A stretch of 64,000 bases of DNA from Fistulifera solaris (Eukaryota). Position numbers and translations under genes: made by a program. Under the pieces are notes generated by a model. It made no database searches and had not been told where the DNA came from. It saw only the letters and a list, made by a program, of their open reading frames with translations. The stretch covers positions 248,001 to 312,000 of the forward strand of contig AP026142.1 in NCBI GenBank assembly GCA_030295235.1. The letters run 5' to 3'. This document shows, piece by piece, positions 13,048-24,395 of this stretch (positions are counted from its first letter, which is position 1; every line of letters begins with the position of its first letter).

Positions 13048-13403
13048 TCTTCAATGTGCAATTGCACCATTGTACTGACTAAGAAAAGAAGGTTCGCAGA
13101 ATACGTTCTAATGTGTAATGAAAACCGTGTGACACGTTTTGGACACTGATTTGTTAGTCTCATTCTACAAGCTCATAACCTGATGAGACGAGAACGGAAT
13201 CACAAGCCAAGAGATTTCTCGTCCTATCCCAAAATCCCAGAGCGGATCCACGACCTTTTCCACAAGAACACAAGTGCCACAAGTCGCATCATTATTGCAT
13301 GCGTGTTGGCCATCGGCAATTCTTTTGCTGTTTGTTGTCATCCTACCTTGTCTTTCACAAAGCCACTCAAGTACATTCTTTCAGTAAAATCATAAAACTC
13401 AAC

Positions 13404-16400
13404 ATGTCGAAAGATCCAATTGATGTCTTTGACAAGCAGGTACGTTTCGAAAGATTCGTCGTCTTGCTGGGTCGACCTCGCCTTGTCCTCATCTTCTTTT
13501 TCTAGGGTGATCCTGCTGTCCTCTACCTAGCTGATGGTTCAGCTCCTATCCAAGGAAAGTCTTTCGGAGCTGCTGTTGACATTTCGGGTGAGGTTGTGTT
13601 CAACACCGGCATGGTTGGTTATCCAGAGGCCCTGACGGATCCGTCGTACCGAGGGCAGATTTTGGTGTTGACCTATCCTTTAGTGGGAAACTACGGTGTT
13701 CCAGACTTTTCTGTCAAGGATAATCACGGCCTCCCGAAGTACTTTGAATCGTCGGAGATTCATATTTCCGGTCTTATTGTGAGTGAATACTCTTTCGAGC
13801 ATTCTCACTGGGCCGCTTTCAAAAGTTTGTCGGATTGGTTGGTCGAGAACAATATCCCGGCCCTGTATGGTGTGGATACTCGTGCGCTTACGAAGAAACT
13901 TCGTGAACATGGATCGATGTTGGGTCGAATTGCTGTGGTAAGTTGAAAATCGCGCGAAATTGGAACCAGATGATGTGTTGCATCACTCAACGTCTTTTTC
14001 CGACAAAGAACCCGGCCGTTATCGAAGATTCCATCGACCTTTCGTTATTTGCTGATCCCAACAAGCGCAACTTGGTGGCGGAAGTGTCCACGAAGGAGAT
14101 CGTCGTCTACAACAAAGGGGCTACTCCTCGGATTATCGCGTACGATTGTGGAATGAAATACAACATCATTCGCTACCTTGCCGAGACTCACAAAGTCCAA
14201 CTAACGGTTGTTCCTTTCAACTATAATTTGAAAGAGAACCCCTCCAAGATTGAATGGGACGGTCTTTTTCTTTCCAACGGACCTGGAGATCCAACCATGT
14301 GCCCCGAAACGATCGCATCGATTCAGTATGCTCTAGCCCTCGAGGACCCCAAGCCCATTTTCGGTATTTGCTTAGGCAACCAGTTGCTGGCTTTAGCTGC
14401 CGGTGCGAAGACGTACAAAATGAAGTATGGCAATCGTGGTATGAACCAGCCAGCGATCGATTTGCGCACAGGTCGCTGCTACATCACTCCCCAAAACCAC
14501 GGTTTCGCCGTCGACACCGCCTCTCTGCCAGAGTTTTGGAAGCCTCTTTTTTTGAACGCGAATGACTTGACGAACGAAGGCATTGTGCATACCAGCAAGC
14601 CATTTTTCAGTGTTCAATTCCACCCTGAAGCTAGTGGTGGGCCCACGGATACTGGCTTCCTTTTGAGAAGTTCGTTGGTCATGTCCGTAAGATTCCGCAA
14701 CCCCTTGTCCTGCAGGATGGACTCAATTTCGAGCGCAAAAACTACAAAAAAGTCCTACTGGTCGGTAGTGGAGGTCTCAGTATTGGACAGGCTGGTGAAT
14801 TCGACTACTCTGGAAGTCAGTGTATCAAGGCGTTGAAAGAAGAGGGAATCGAAGTCATTTTGATCAACCCTAACATTGCCACTGTTCAGACTTCTCAAGA
14901 GAAAGAAGACAAGCAAAGTCGTGCAGCTGATCGTGTTTACTTTTGCCAATCCAACCAGACGTTGTCATGGATATCATTCATAAAGAGCGTCCCGACGGAA
15001 TCATTGTTTCGATGGGAGGCCAAACCGCATTGAATGTGGGTATTGAGCTCTGGCGTCGAGGAGAGCTGCAGAAGGCCGGAGTCGAAGTTCTTGGTACCCA
15101 AATCCCGGTTATTGAAGCTACTGAGGATCGTGAGATCTTTAGCGAGAAGCTCAAAGAAATTGGCGAAACGATTGCTTTATCCTACAGCGCCACAACTATT
15201 GATGAAGCTATCGAAGCTGCGAATAAAATTGGCTACCCGGTTCTCATCAGGGCTGCTTATGCCCTCGGTGGTCTTGGTTCTGGCTTTGCGGCCGACGACA
15301 ATGAGCTAAGAGATATGGCGGCTAAGGCTTTTACAACCAGTAGTCAGATTTTGATTGATCAAGATTTGCGAGGCTGGAAAGAGCTCGAGTACGAGGTTGT
15401 CCGTGACGCTAGCGACAACTGCATTACTGTGTGCAACATGGAGAACTTTGATCCCCTCGGTATCCACACGGGAGATTCTATCGTTGTGGCGCCCTCGCAA
15501 ACACTCACGAATAGCGAGTACTTCATGTTGCGTCGTACGGCCATCAAAGTTGTCAGACATCTCGGAATTGTCGGAGAGTGCAACATCCAATACGCCCTTC
15601 ATCCTGAAAGCGAGAGATATTGTATCATTGAAGTCAACGCACGTCTTTCTCGCTCGTCTGCACTTGCCTCAAAAGCGACGGGTTATCCCTTGGCTTACGT
15701 CGCTACTAAGATTTCTCTCGGCAAAGATCTTGTATCGATTCGAAACTCAGTGACGAAGACAACCACTGCCTGCTTTGAACCGAGTTTGGACTATTGTGTT
15801 GTGAAGATGCCTCGCTGGGATTTGAAAAAGTTCTCCCGAGTGAGCAATAAGTTGGGGTCGTCAATGTTGAGTGTCGGCGAAGTCATGGCTATCGGACGGA
15901 CATTCGAAGAGGTCATTCAAAAGGCATGTCGTATGGTGAATCCTTCCCTTGATGGTTTAGAAGGTACTGATTCGAACATGATTGACAGCTCCGCTGATTT
16001 GGAGACGAGTCTCAAGACACCAACAGATACGAGGTTGTTTGCAGTGCAGAAGGCTCTAGAAGATGGATGGTCGGTTGACAGGGTGCATGATTTAACCAAG
16101 ATTGATAGGTGGTTCTTGAACAAGTTGCTTAACATTGCACGCATGCGAAATGCTGTCAAGCAAATCGGTAGCCTTCCGGCACTTGTCGCAACTAACGGAG
16201 GTGAGCGCCTTCGAGCCCTCAAGATAGCAGGTTTCAGCGATAGACAGGTACGTCAATGATAGTCTCCGTCTGCATTTGTTCGCCGACCAGGGAACTTACA
16301 CTTCCCGATCAATCCATAGATCGCTCGATACGTCGGGGAAGCTGCCGGTATCGAAGGAGAGTCTCGAGTGCGGGAAGAGAGAAAGAATTTGGGAGTCCTT

Positions 16401-18203
16401 CCTGTCGTCAAACAAATTGATACGCTTGCAGCCGAATTCCCAGCTCAAACGAACTACTTGTACGTGACCTATTCAGGTGACACCGACGACATCCCTGAGT
16501 CCACATACTCCTCCGAAGCTCGTCCGAAATCGTCTGGATCGTATCATCGCCGGGCTCGATCCTACTCCAACGCTGAGGCATCGAGATCTTTGACCGAGGC
16601 GAAAGACCGTGGTGTTGTTGTTCTTGGTTGCGGTGCATACTGCATCGGCTCGAGCGTCGAATTCGATTGGTGCGCCGTGTCTTGTGTTCGACAGCTTCGA
16701 AGCGAAGGTTTCAAGAGCATCATCATCAACTACAACCCCGAGACGGTGAGCACAGACTACGATGAGAGTGACCGCCTGTATTTCGAGGAATTGAGCACGG
16801 AACGTGTCATTGATATTTATGAACGCGAAGCCGCTTCTGGTGTCGTCGTATCGGTTGGTGGGCAAATCCCGAACAACCTTGCCGGTCCTTTGGCATACTC
16901 TGGTGTCAACATTCTCGGAACGAGTGCTGTAGACATCGAACGCGCCGAAGATAGAAAGCAATTCTCGGCCATGCTTGACTCCATTGGAATCAGACAACCG
17001 GAATGGTCTGTGCTTTCGTCGACAGAGGAAGCAATCGCGTTCGCCCAGAAGGTCAAATTTCCGGTTTTGGTACGACCTAGTTTCGTCTTATCGGGTGCTG
17101 CGATGCGTGTGGCAGCAGATGAGACACAATTGCGCAACTTTCTTGCCTTGGCCACTGAAGTCGGTAACGACAAGCCGGTGGTCGTTACGAAGTTTGTCGT
17201 CAACGCTAAGGAAATTGAGTTTGATGCTGTTGCCAATCAGGGACACATTCTGAACTATGCCATCGGCGAGCACTTGGAGAACGCTGGTGTACACAGTGGT
17301 GACGCTACAGTGATTTTGCCGGCTCAAAAGCTTTATGTGAGCACGATCCGTCAAGTGAAGAAGTACGCCAGTGCAATCGCGAAAGCCTTGCGCATCACAG
17401 GTCCTTTCAACATTCAGTTCATGGCCAAGGGCAATGAAGTTCAGGTTATCGAGTGCAACCTTCGCGCGAGTCGTACTTTCCCTTTCGTGAGCAAGACCTT
17501 AAATCACAACTTCATCTCCCTTGCCACCCGAGCCATGGTTGGTGTGAAAGCCTCTCCGTACAAGATCTCTTTGCTGGACATAGAGTACGTCTGCGTGAAG
17601 GCGCCCATGTTCTCATTCACTCGTCTTCGAGGAGCAGATCCAACACTCGGTGTTGAGATGGCTTCTACTGGAGAGGTTGCATGCTTTGGTGAAGATGTAC
17701 ACGAAGCTCTGTTGCAATCGATGCTTTCCACCAATTTCAAGTTGCCCAAAAATCGGACAATTCTTTTGTCGATCGCAAGTGAAGAGTTCCGCCACGAATT
17801 TGCCGAGTCTGCCGTCATTCTCGCTGGTTTGGGTTACAAGTTGTATGGAACACCAGGAACTGCTAAATACTACCAAGATGTAAAGGGCCTCTCGATTATT
17901 TCGGTCCTGAAGTCTGAATCTGAATCCGACGATGGACCTGGAACAGCAGTAAACGAGATAAAGCAAGGAAATATCGATTTGGTGATTAACCTTAGCGAAG
18001 GGTCGACCCGTCGTGAGGAAGTGACATGTGGATACATCATCCGTCGCGCGGCTGTTGACTTTGGGGTTTCTTTGATCACCGATGTCAAATGTGCCATCGC
18101 GTTGACCGAGTGCTTCGAACGCGGAATGGATGTGGAGAGACCTGCTCCTCAGCACATTGGAGAGTTCTACCAAATCCCTACGATTGGATGGTCGAATAAT
18201 TAA
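13404..18203 (+). CDS. Glutamine-dependent carbamoyl-phosphate synthetase (fused small+large subunit, probably cytosolic pyrimidine CPS II); introns 13440-13505, 13938-14008, 16248-16319; frameshifts near 14660 and 14941
   Basis: [30 protein letters not shown] (Cys), VQFHPE (His), [35 protein letters not shown]-terminal MGS-like domain. No presequence. Confidence 0.96.
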
Positions 18204-18560
18204 TATCTATACTACAAAAGTAACTAGTGAAAAGAAGTGATGAAGAAACTCATGTTGGTCGGGTACGTTTTCATTATAACTAATTAGAATAATGGATTTT
18301 GATGTTTTGAACTTGTCTTTCATATTCATAGCTCTTCTATTTGTCAAAGCGAACTGACCTAATCCAACATGTGAAGTCTCGCCTCTTGGCGGGCTCCTTT
18401 GACGAAAATTACAGGGAACTGATATGGTTGCTTTCTAAGGTAGGCCATGAAGATGTTAGATACAGCGATCGATACAAACTAAGCTACAAAAGAATAGGAC
18501 AAAAGTAGGACCAAGTTGTTGATTAATTGGCTTGCTTTATGTAACACACTAGACAGCGAA

Positions 18561-18903
18561 TTACTTTCCCGCTTGTTGGATGTTTGCTACGGGAAGTTTA
18601 GGCCCCTGCTTTCCTGCTTCCCACACCGCAGCGTTGTAACCGTACGCTTCTTGAGCCATAGCTCGCGTCTTGGCTGGCTCCTTCAACACCGATCGCATCG
18701 TTCCTGCTGTCTTGTTGATGTACTGCAATTTCCGAGAGTGAGACGAAGAGTCCTTTAATCACGACTTTTATTTACAACGATCAATTGAAACCGAGTGAAC
18801 GAAGCGAAGGTTACCCGTGGCGTTGTTACTCTCTACTTCGTCTTACCTGGAGATACGACATGCCGGCAACACGCCAAAAAGTTGTCACTGGAGTTGAGCT
18901 CAT
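18561..18903 (-). CDS. ATP5F1E: Mitochondrial F1 ATP synthase subunit epsilon, 72 aa, 2 exons (18847-18903, 18561-18722); not in ORF track
   Basis: Manual splice of GT-AG intron 18723-18846 gives MSSTPVTTFWRVAGMSYLQ|YINKTAGTMRSVLKEPAKTRAMAQEAYGYNAAVWEAGKQGPK..., with the WRxAGMSYLxY...R..LKE signature. Confidence 0.93.
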
Positions 18904-19394
18904 AGTATAGATGTTTATTCAGTTTTGAAGGAAAGGTTTACAAAAGATAAGCAACAGCGGGGTTGACTTGTTACACTTCGCACGATGTCGGCGGCGCTGT
19001 TCGCCCTGGTCGCATCGTGGTCGGCTGTCCAACATGTAACGCGTGCCTGCGTCGTCAAACGGGTGGCACTGTAGACTTAAAGTACAATTTGACATTTGAC
19101 TAAGGGAATGTTTACTCTAAATAATGACCGATGACTGACAGACAAACAACATGACGAGTGACGAGTGACGAGACGACTAGAGAGTGACTTGCGGGACTTG
19201 ACTCCGCTTTACCTAAAAAATAATATTCCGTACGCGCTAGGAGCTCCTAAAAAAGTCTATAAAGTTATAGAGCAAATTTATTTCCTAAGAAAAGATTCGC
19301 TGCTTTCATGACGGAAAACTTGCCTTTTGGGAAACAAAAGGATACAGACCTTTAAAAACTCTTTTTTGACACGTGCAATGTCTGCCATGCGTGA

Positions 19395-21083
19395 TCATTT
19401 CTCAACCTTTTTAAAATGGTGAAGTATACTGTTCTTACTGATTGGTTTTTGACGCTTGTTGGCAGAAACAACATTCTGAGTTCTGTTCAGGGTCTGAAAT
19501 GTTGTCGTCTCAGTAATTGTACTAACCATTCCTGCTCTAAAAAAGGAAGCGATGGTTTGTTGCTTTTTGTGAGGTTGAGCTTTCCGTGTTGCAATGTCCT
19601 GCTCTTCAAGGACGAGAGGCGTATTGCTGGACAACGATAAGAGCACCTGGTCCCGCTCGAGTAACAGTGATATTGCAATATGATCCGAAAACGAAGGAGG
19701 TGTGTAAATCATCCCCGTGTGGGGTGAACCGAACTGGGTGTCAAGGACTCTTTGTGAAACGTCGGTGATTCCTCCTCCTTCAAACGAAACTGGCTCAAAT
19801 TTGCCGTCTGCTGTTGCAGCTTTTAGAGCTGCGTTTTCACTCAAAGGGTCAACTGAGGCAGGGTCTCCATAGGATCGAAGCGAAGAAACGTCTCCCTTGG
19901 CCACAAAATCCAACAACGGCTTGTCAATAAGTGTGTAATCGATCCGGATACCGCTGTTCACGTATCGTTGGTTCGTAAACTGATCCCAGCACGTGAAGCG
20001 GGCTTCCGCAGTTGGATAGAAATGTCTCATGGGATCCACCATTCCGTCTTCTTCGAGAAGTTTATTGAGCCATCGCCGAGAAGGAGATACATGTGACACA
20101 TCACCATCATCCATCGCAATTTGCCTCTGGAGCTCATCGTTCCACCGGACCGAAACAATTTTTGCCATTAACTCGGCAAGTATACCAACTGACACGGTAT
20201 TTGCTTCTTTTGCTACTATGCATTCACCTGTAGTTGGATCTTGGTACGATTTCTGCTCGAAGTTATACTCATGATGACAGTGCTCTGTTGTCAGTTCATG
20301 TTTTCCTAGGTACACTTGACTTCCATCCGGTAACTGAACAGCCAAACGATATTTTTCAAATTGCTGCTTTGTAAGGGTGTTTGTTGTTTTTGTCGGAATT
20401 GCCTTTGCCGTAGAAATAACGGAACGTATCGTGGCCCAATGTCGTGCTACGTCTCTTTTCCAATCCGAAACAGACAACCCCGATTCGACTTCTTCTTGGA
20501 TCAAACTGATTCTTACAATTCGCTCTTTCCACGGAATATCCAGTTTTGTGTGCGTAATATTCAGATCCCCGACGAGCATTTGTGGTTTCTTCGTATCCTT
20601 CCGTTTCTGTTGCATGGCTCGTCGCAGCGCGTGCAAAAATTCCATTTTCACCACATACCCGTTCCCCGAAGCCGGTACGTAGACATTCCAGAGACAAAAT
20701 CCTCCATGATCCGTCATGACACATCGTCCTTGACGATCCAGGTGTTCGACACCCAGCGGAGACGCATCCGCCGTTCGCACGGTCCCTCGTTTCGCGTAAG
20801 TGACAACTCCATTGAGTCCTTTTTTCTTGGAATCGACACAACACGACCAGAAAGATTCATAACCGGAGGCATGTGAGCACCGCTTGGGTTCGGATCGATT
20901 GGAGAGTTGTTCCTTGGGGATTTTGTGTTCCTGGAGACAAACGATATCGGCACCGTGTCGTTCGAAGAAGACGCCGAGTGGGCATTTGTTCTCTTTCTTT
21001 TCGGAATCGCTGAGTGGATAGAATTCGTGGATGCGATTGACTGTTGTGCTCAGACCGGCTACATTCCAGCTGAGAATGAGCAT
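19395..21083 (-). CDS. ExoIII-family AP endonuclease, APE2-like
   Basis: ILSWNVAGL, IVCLQEHK, NVYVP, VGDLNI, FTCW, RIDY, SDH. C-terminal PIP-box-like QQTIASFF. Confidence 0.9.
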   Translation of the reverse strand: MLILSWNVAGLSTTVNRIHEFYPLSDSEKKENKCPLGVFFERHGADIVCLQEHKIPKEQLSNRSEPKRCSHASGYESFWSCCVDSKKKGLNGVVTYAKRGTVRTADASPLGVEHLDRQGRCVMTDHGGFCLWNVYVPASGNGYVVKMEFLHALRRAMQQKRKDTKKPQMLVGDLNITHTKLDIPWKERIVRISLIQEEVESGLSVSDWKRDVARHWATIRSVISTAKAIPTKTTNTLTKQQFEKYRLAVQLPDGSQVYLGKHELTTEHCHHEYNFEQKSYQDPTTGECIVAKEANTVSVGILAELMAKIVSVRWNDELQRQIAMDDGDVSHVSPSRRWLNKLLEEDGMVDPMRHFYPTAEARFTCWDQFTNQRYVNSGIRIDYTLIDKPLLDFVAKGDVSSLRSYGDPASVDPLSENAALKAATADGKFEPVSFEGGGITDVSQRVLDTQFGSPHTGMIYTPPSFSDHIAISLLLERDQVLLSLSSNTPLVLEEQDIATRKAQPHKKQQTIASFFRAGMVSTITETTTFQTLNRTQNVVSANKRQKPISKNSILHHFKKVEK

Positions 21084-21406
21084 TGTTTTACAAAGGCGAA
21101 GGACTCGGTTGTACGGGGTAATGAAAATGAAAATGGAGATGCTTTCAGTTTCCAGGTTTTGCGGATTGTGAATTGCGATGCAACATGCAACGCGCGTGCA
21201 AGGGGTGAAAACGAACGGAATGGATACGTACTAAATATAGAAAGTCCTAAAGACACTCCGGTACCCATTTTCTTGACGGTTGACGCAAGGTCGGACAGGA
21301 AAAAATGCCTTGATTATTTTTTCTGTTTGCAAATAAATGCGACCATGATGATCCTTGATACGTTTGACGTTTGATAAGCGCCCTCCATTTTCAATACAAG
21401 TACTAC

Positions 21407-22824
21407 ATGAGCACCCCTTCCGATTCTGACATCTTTGTTTTGTACGCGACGGCCTGTTCTGTCGTCTTATCGACACTTTACTACATCGCGACACGACACC
21501 CACGTTCAAACGTACCGAATGCTCCGTTTGACATTCCCCTCTTAGGCCACGCGTTGATGTTTCGGAAGAATCCAAATGACTTTTTTCGCAAAGCTAAACG
21601 AATGGTGGGTTCTGTTTCCGTATCAATTTAGCTGGTCGTCGTATGATCATGGTGACATCTCCCGCTGTCATGGAACTGGTTACTGCGACCCCCGAAACGA
21701 GCTTGTCATCAGAAACGGCAGTGCGTGAGATCGGATTTGATTATACCCTCGGCTTGATCAATGTTAAAGAAGGCACACACTTTCATCGCAAAGTCTTGAA
21801 AAGCGATGCGCACGCGGCATTCTTGAAGAGAGTCATGTCGCTAATACAACATTCGTTTGAAACGGAACTCTCTAAAACCCATTATTCGGCAAACAAAGGT
21901 CGTGTCGAAGTTTCTGATTTATTTGTATTTTCACGCTGATGTTTTGTACGGGCTTGTCTAGTAGCGTTTATTGGTAAAAACTTGGAGAGTGACCCTTTGA
22001 TTTCAGATGTAATGAAACTTATGGACCGAGTCGAAGACGCAACAGCCAAAGCGGCCGTTTTACCCAGATATCTCGCCATACCTCTTGTGCTAAGACCGGT
22101 TCAAGCTCAGCGGCTACAGCTACAGAAGCGAATTGTTGCATTGCTTGAACCAATGCTACAATCAACATTAGCAGAAGGGCCCTGGTTGGACCAATTCCGA
22201 CATCTCCCCAACAACGTCAAGCAGCTGTGGCTGCGGAGCTTGTTATCGGATTACTCTTTGCTGCTCACAAGAACCCATCAAAAGCAGCAGCTCAATCTCT
22301 TGTTTATGTTTTTACAGTACAGTGAGAACAACTTGGACCTCCAAAATGAAGCCAAGCTCGTTGCCCGAGGAGAGCTGCCGGATCGCACGCAGCATTTATA
22401 CGCCAACGTATGGGAAACGCTCCGGCCTACCAGCTTATCGATTGGATCCATTCGAACTGTTATGTGCGACAGCTTTAAGGCAACTTCGGAAGATGGCACA
22501 ATCTACACGTTTCAAAGGGAGACTCGGTGTGTCGCCAACAATGTCATGGACACGGATCCCTCAAGGTGGAGCGATGCGTCCAGCTTTTTGCCCAGTCGGT
22601 CTCTGGAAAAACATCCACCATATATGGTTTTCTCAAGAGGGGTACACAAATGCCCGGGTGAAAGAATTGCGATGACCATGGTGCAGATCATGTTGGCTCT
22701 GTTCCTGGATCGGAATGCCCGGGTAGAGGGCCCTGTCCCAGGACTTGACTTTGAGAGAGCCACTGTTGCTCAGCGTGCTGGTCCTGTGCGAATTTCTCTG
22801 GACCATCGAGGATCATCTTCTTGA
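21407..22824 (+). pseudogene. Divergent cytochrome P450, disrupted (in-frame TGA 21937-21939 plus frameshifts near 21615, 22207, 22310)
   Basis: N-terminal anchor and IPLLGHAL. The alternate frame gives I-helix IGLLFAAHKN. WETLR (ExxR) and FSRGVHKCPG heme motif. Confidence 0.7.
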
Positions 22825-22955
22825 GTACATGGTATTGGTATTCATTCGAATGTCGCACGGATGTGGTGTTCGTTATCGGTCAGTGCATCTTTATCTTTAG
22901 CCTTTAGCTCTCTCTGGCCATCGACAGTAAGGCTCAAAGTGAGCTTTTCACTTTA

Positions 22956-23045
22956 GTTTAAGAAGTTCGGATACCGGTACCAAGATTTAAGAAGTTCCGG
23001 ATACCGGTACAGGTACCAAGATTTTCGAAGAACTCAAGATTTTCT
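22956..23045. repeat. Short imperfect tandem duplication (~30-bp unit containing TACCGGTAC)
   Basis: tttaagaagttc(c)ggataccggtac...caagattt occurs twice, with a partial third caagattt. Confidence 0.8.
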
Positions 23046-23224
23046 GGTCGCTCTTTTCATTGCAGTTGTCAAATTATGCGAACCGCTTCATGAAAGAGAA
23101 AGATTATCGCCTTTCGGCACGGATATCACCGTGTCATCAAAAGCCATTCATCATGTTCTTTCGCAAGTTGTCTACATGCTTTATTCCAGCATATTCCTAC
23201 CGCATAAGTCGCTTGACAAGCTCG

Positions 23225-24297
23225 ATGAGTATCGCGAAAGGTCTTCTGGAGGCTCACTCAGATGCCGGCAATCGTATCGCTGGCACAGGAATCGCTGGTT
23301 CGAAACCACTCTTGCTCACTGGCGATGAGTTTCAGGTTTCCAATGATGGAATTGCGCGCAGCTTGTATGAGATTGACGGCAGCTACTCCATCGCCATCGA
23401 AGAGCTCTATGATTTGAAGCACAACAAAAGAATTTTGTCGTTCGTCAGCAGAGCAGTTCGCAACTGTCGAGCGAAAAAGGAATGGATGTACTCTCGAGAA
23501 ATGCTCGAGGTGTGGTTCCGTTGGGTAGGTGTTTGGCAGCGGTCGAAATTCAAGAGATTGAGGAGCACGATTTGTTTCTTGGTGAAGCTGGCACAGGGTC
23601 AACAACATGGGAATCGTCAATCGCAATGGCATTGTTCCTTCACGAAAATCCCGAGGCTCTTCTCGGTGACGTTGTTGAAGTGGGTTGTGGAGTTGGTTTA
23701 GGAGGCATTTTGAACGCATGGACGAAATATTCGTCGCCTTTCATGTCTTCCTTAGGTGGATCGATCACCTTGACAGACGGAAATGATAAAGTGTTGACGC
23801 AGTGCCGAGAAAACTTGACCTCAAATTGCAGTTTATTTCAATACAACTATCATGACATATCCACCAGAAAATTAGAATGGCACGAATATCCTGGAAAATG
23901 CAACTCCATGCGGGCATCCTTTGATACTGTGGTTGGGTGCGACTGCGCGTATCGGTACAAGGACATCGATGCGCTTAGCGAGACCATGAGTGATCTTTTG
24001 GCGCCAGGTGGAACAATACATTTCTTTGCACCTTACAATCGAAGTACTTTATATGATTTGATACGCGCTCTGAAAGACGGTCTCGGGTTAAACGTTCTCC
24101 TGGATTGGATTGACCTAAATCGATACCGTTTGAAACCAGGATGTCGAAGCAAATTGCCAGGCGAAACTATCTCATTTGAGGACTGCCTTTACGCTTCAAA
24201 AGCGACGGCAAAAATACTTCATATTATAGCATCGAAAAAGATCGAAAGCGGTAGTGTAGCAAATTTAAACACACGTGACATGCACGCTATCGATTAG
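23225..24297 (+). CDS. Family-16 (METTL21/EEF1AKMT-like) protein methyltransferase; frameshift near 23476
   Basis: GTGSTTWESSIAMA, VVEVGCGVGLGG, TLTDGN, KLEW, FDTVVGCDCAY. Confidence 0.85.
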
Positions 24298-24395
24298 ATC
24301 TCAAATCCGTGCCGTTTAATGCATGAAATCCATATCCAGATTCATCGGTCGCATACGCACTAACTTCTCGTCATCTCTGTCAATCAATGTCAGAT

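Noticed and set aside
14655..14945. Programmed ribosomal frameshifting in CPS and other genes
   Set aside because: There is no shared slippery or stop motif. The breaks fall in A, T and C runs alike, as expected of sequencing error.
13404..18203. Mitochondrial urea-cycle CPS or a CAD fusion
   Set aside because: No presequence before the conserved start, and no DHOase/ATCase downstream.
21937..21939. Selenocysteine or readthrough at the P450 TGA
   Set aside because: Not a catalytic position and no SECIS recognised. A CGA>TGA change or an error is simpler.
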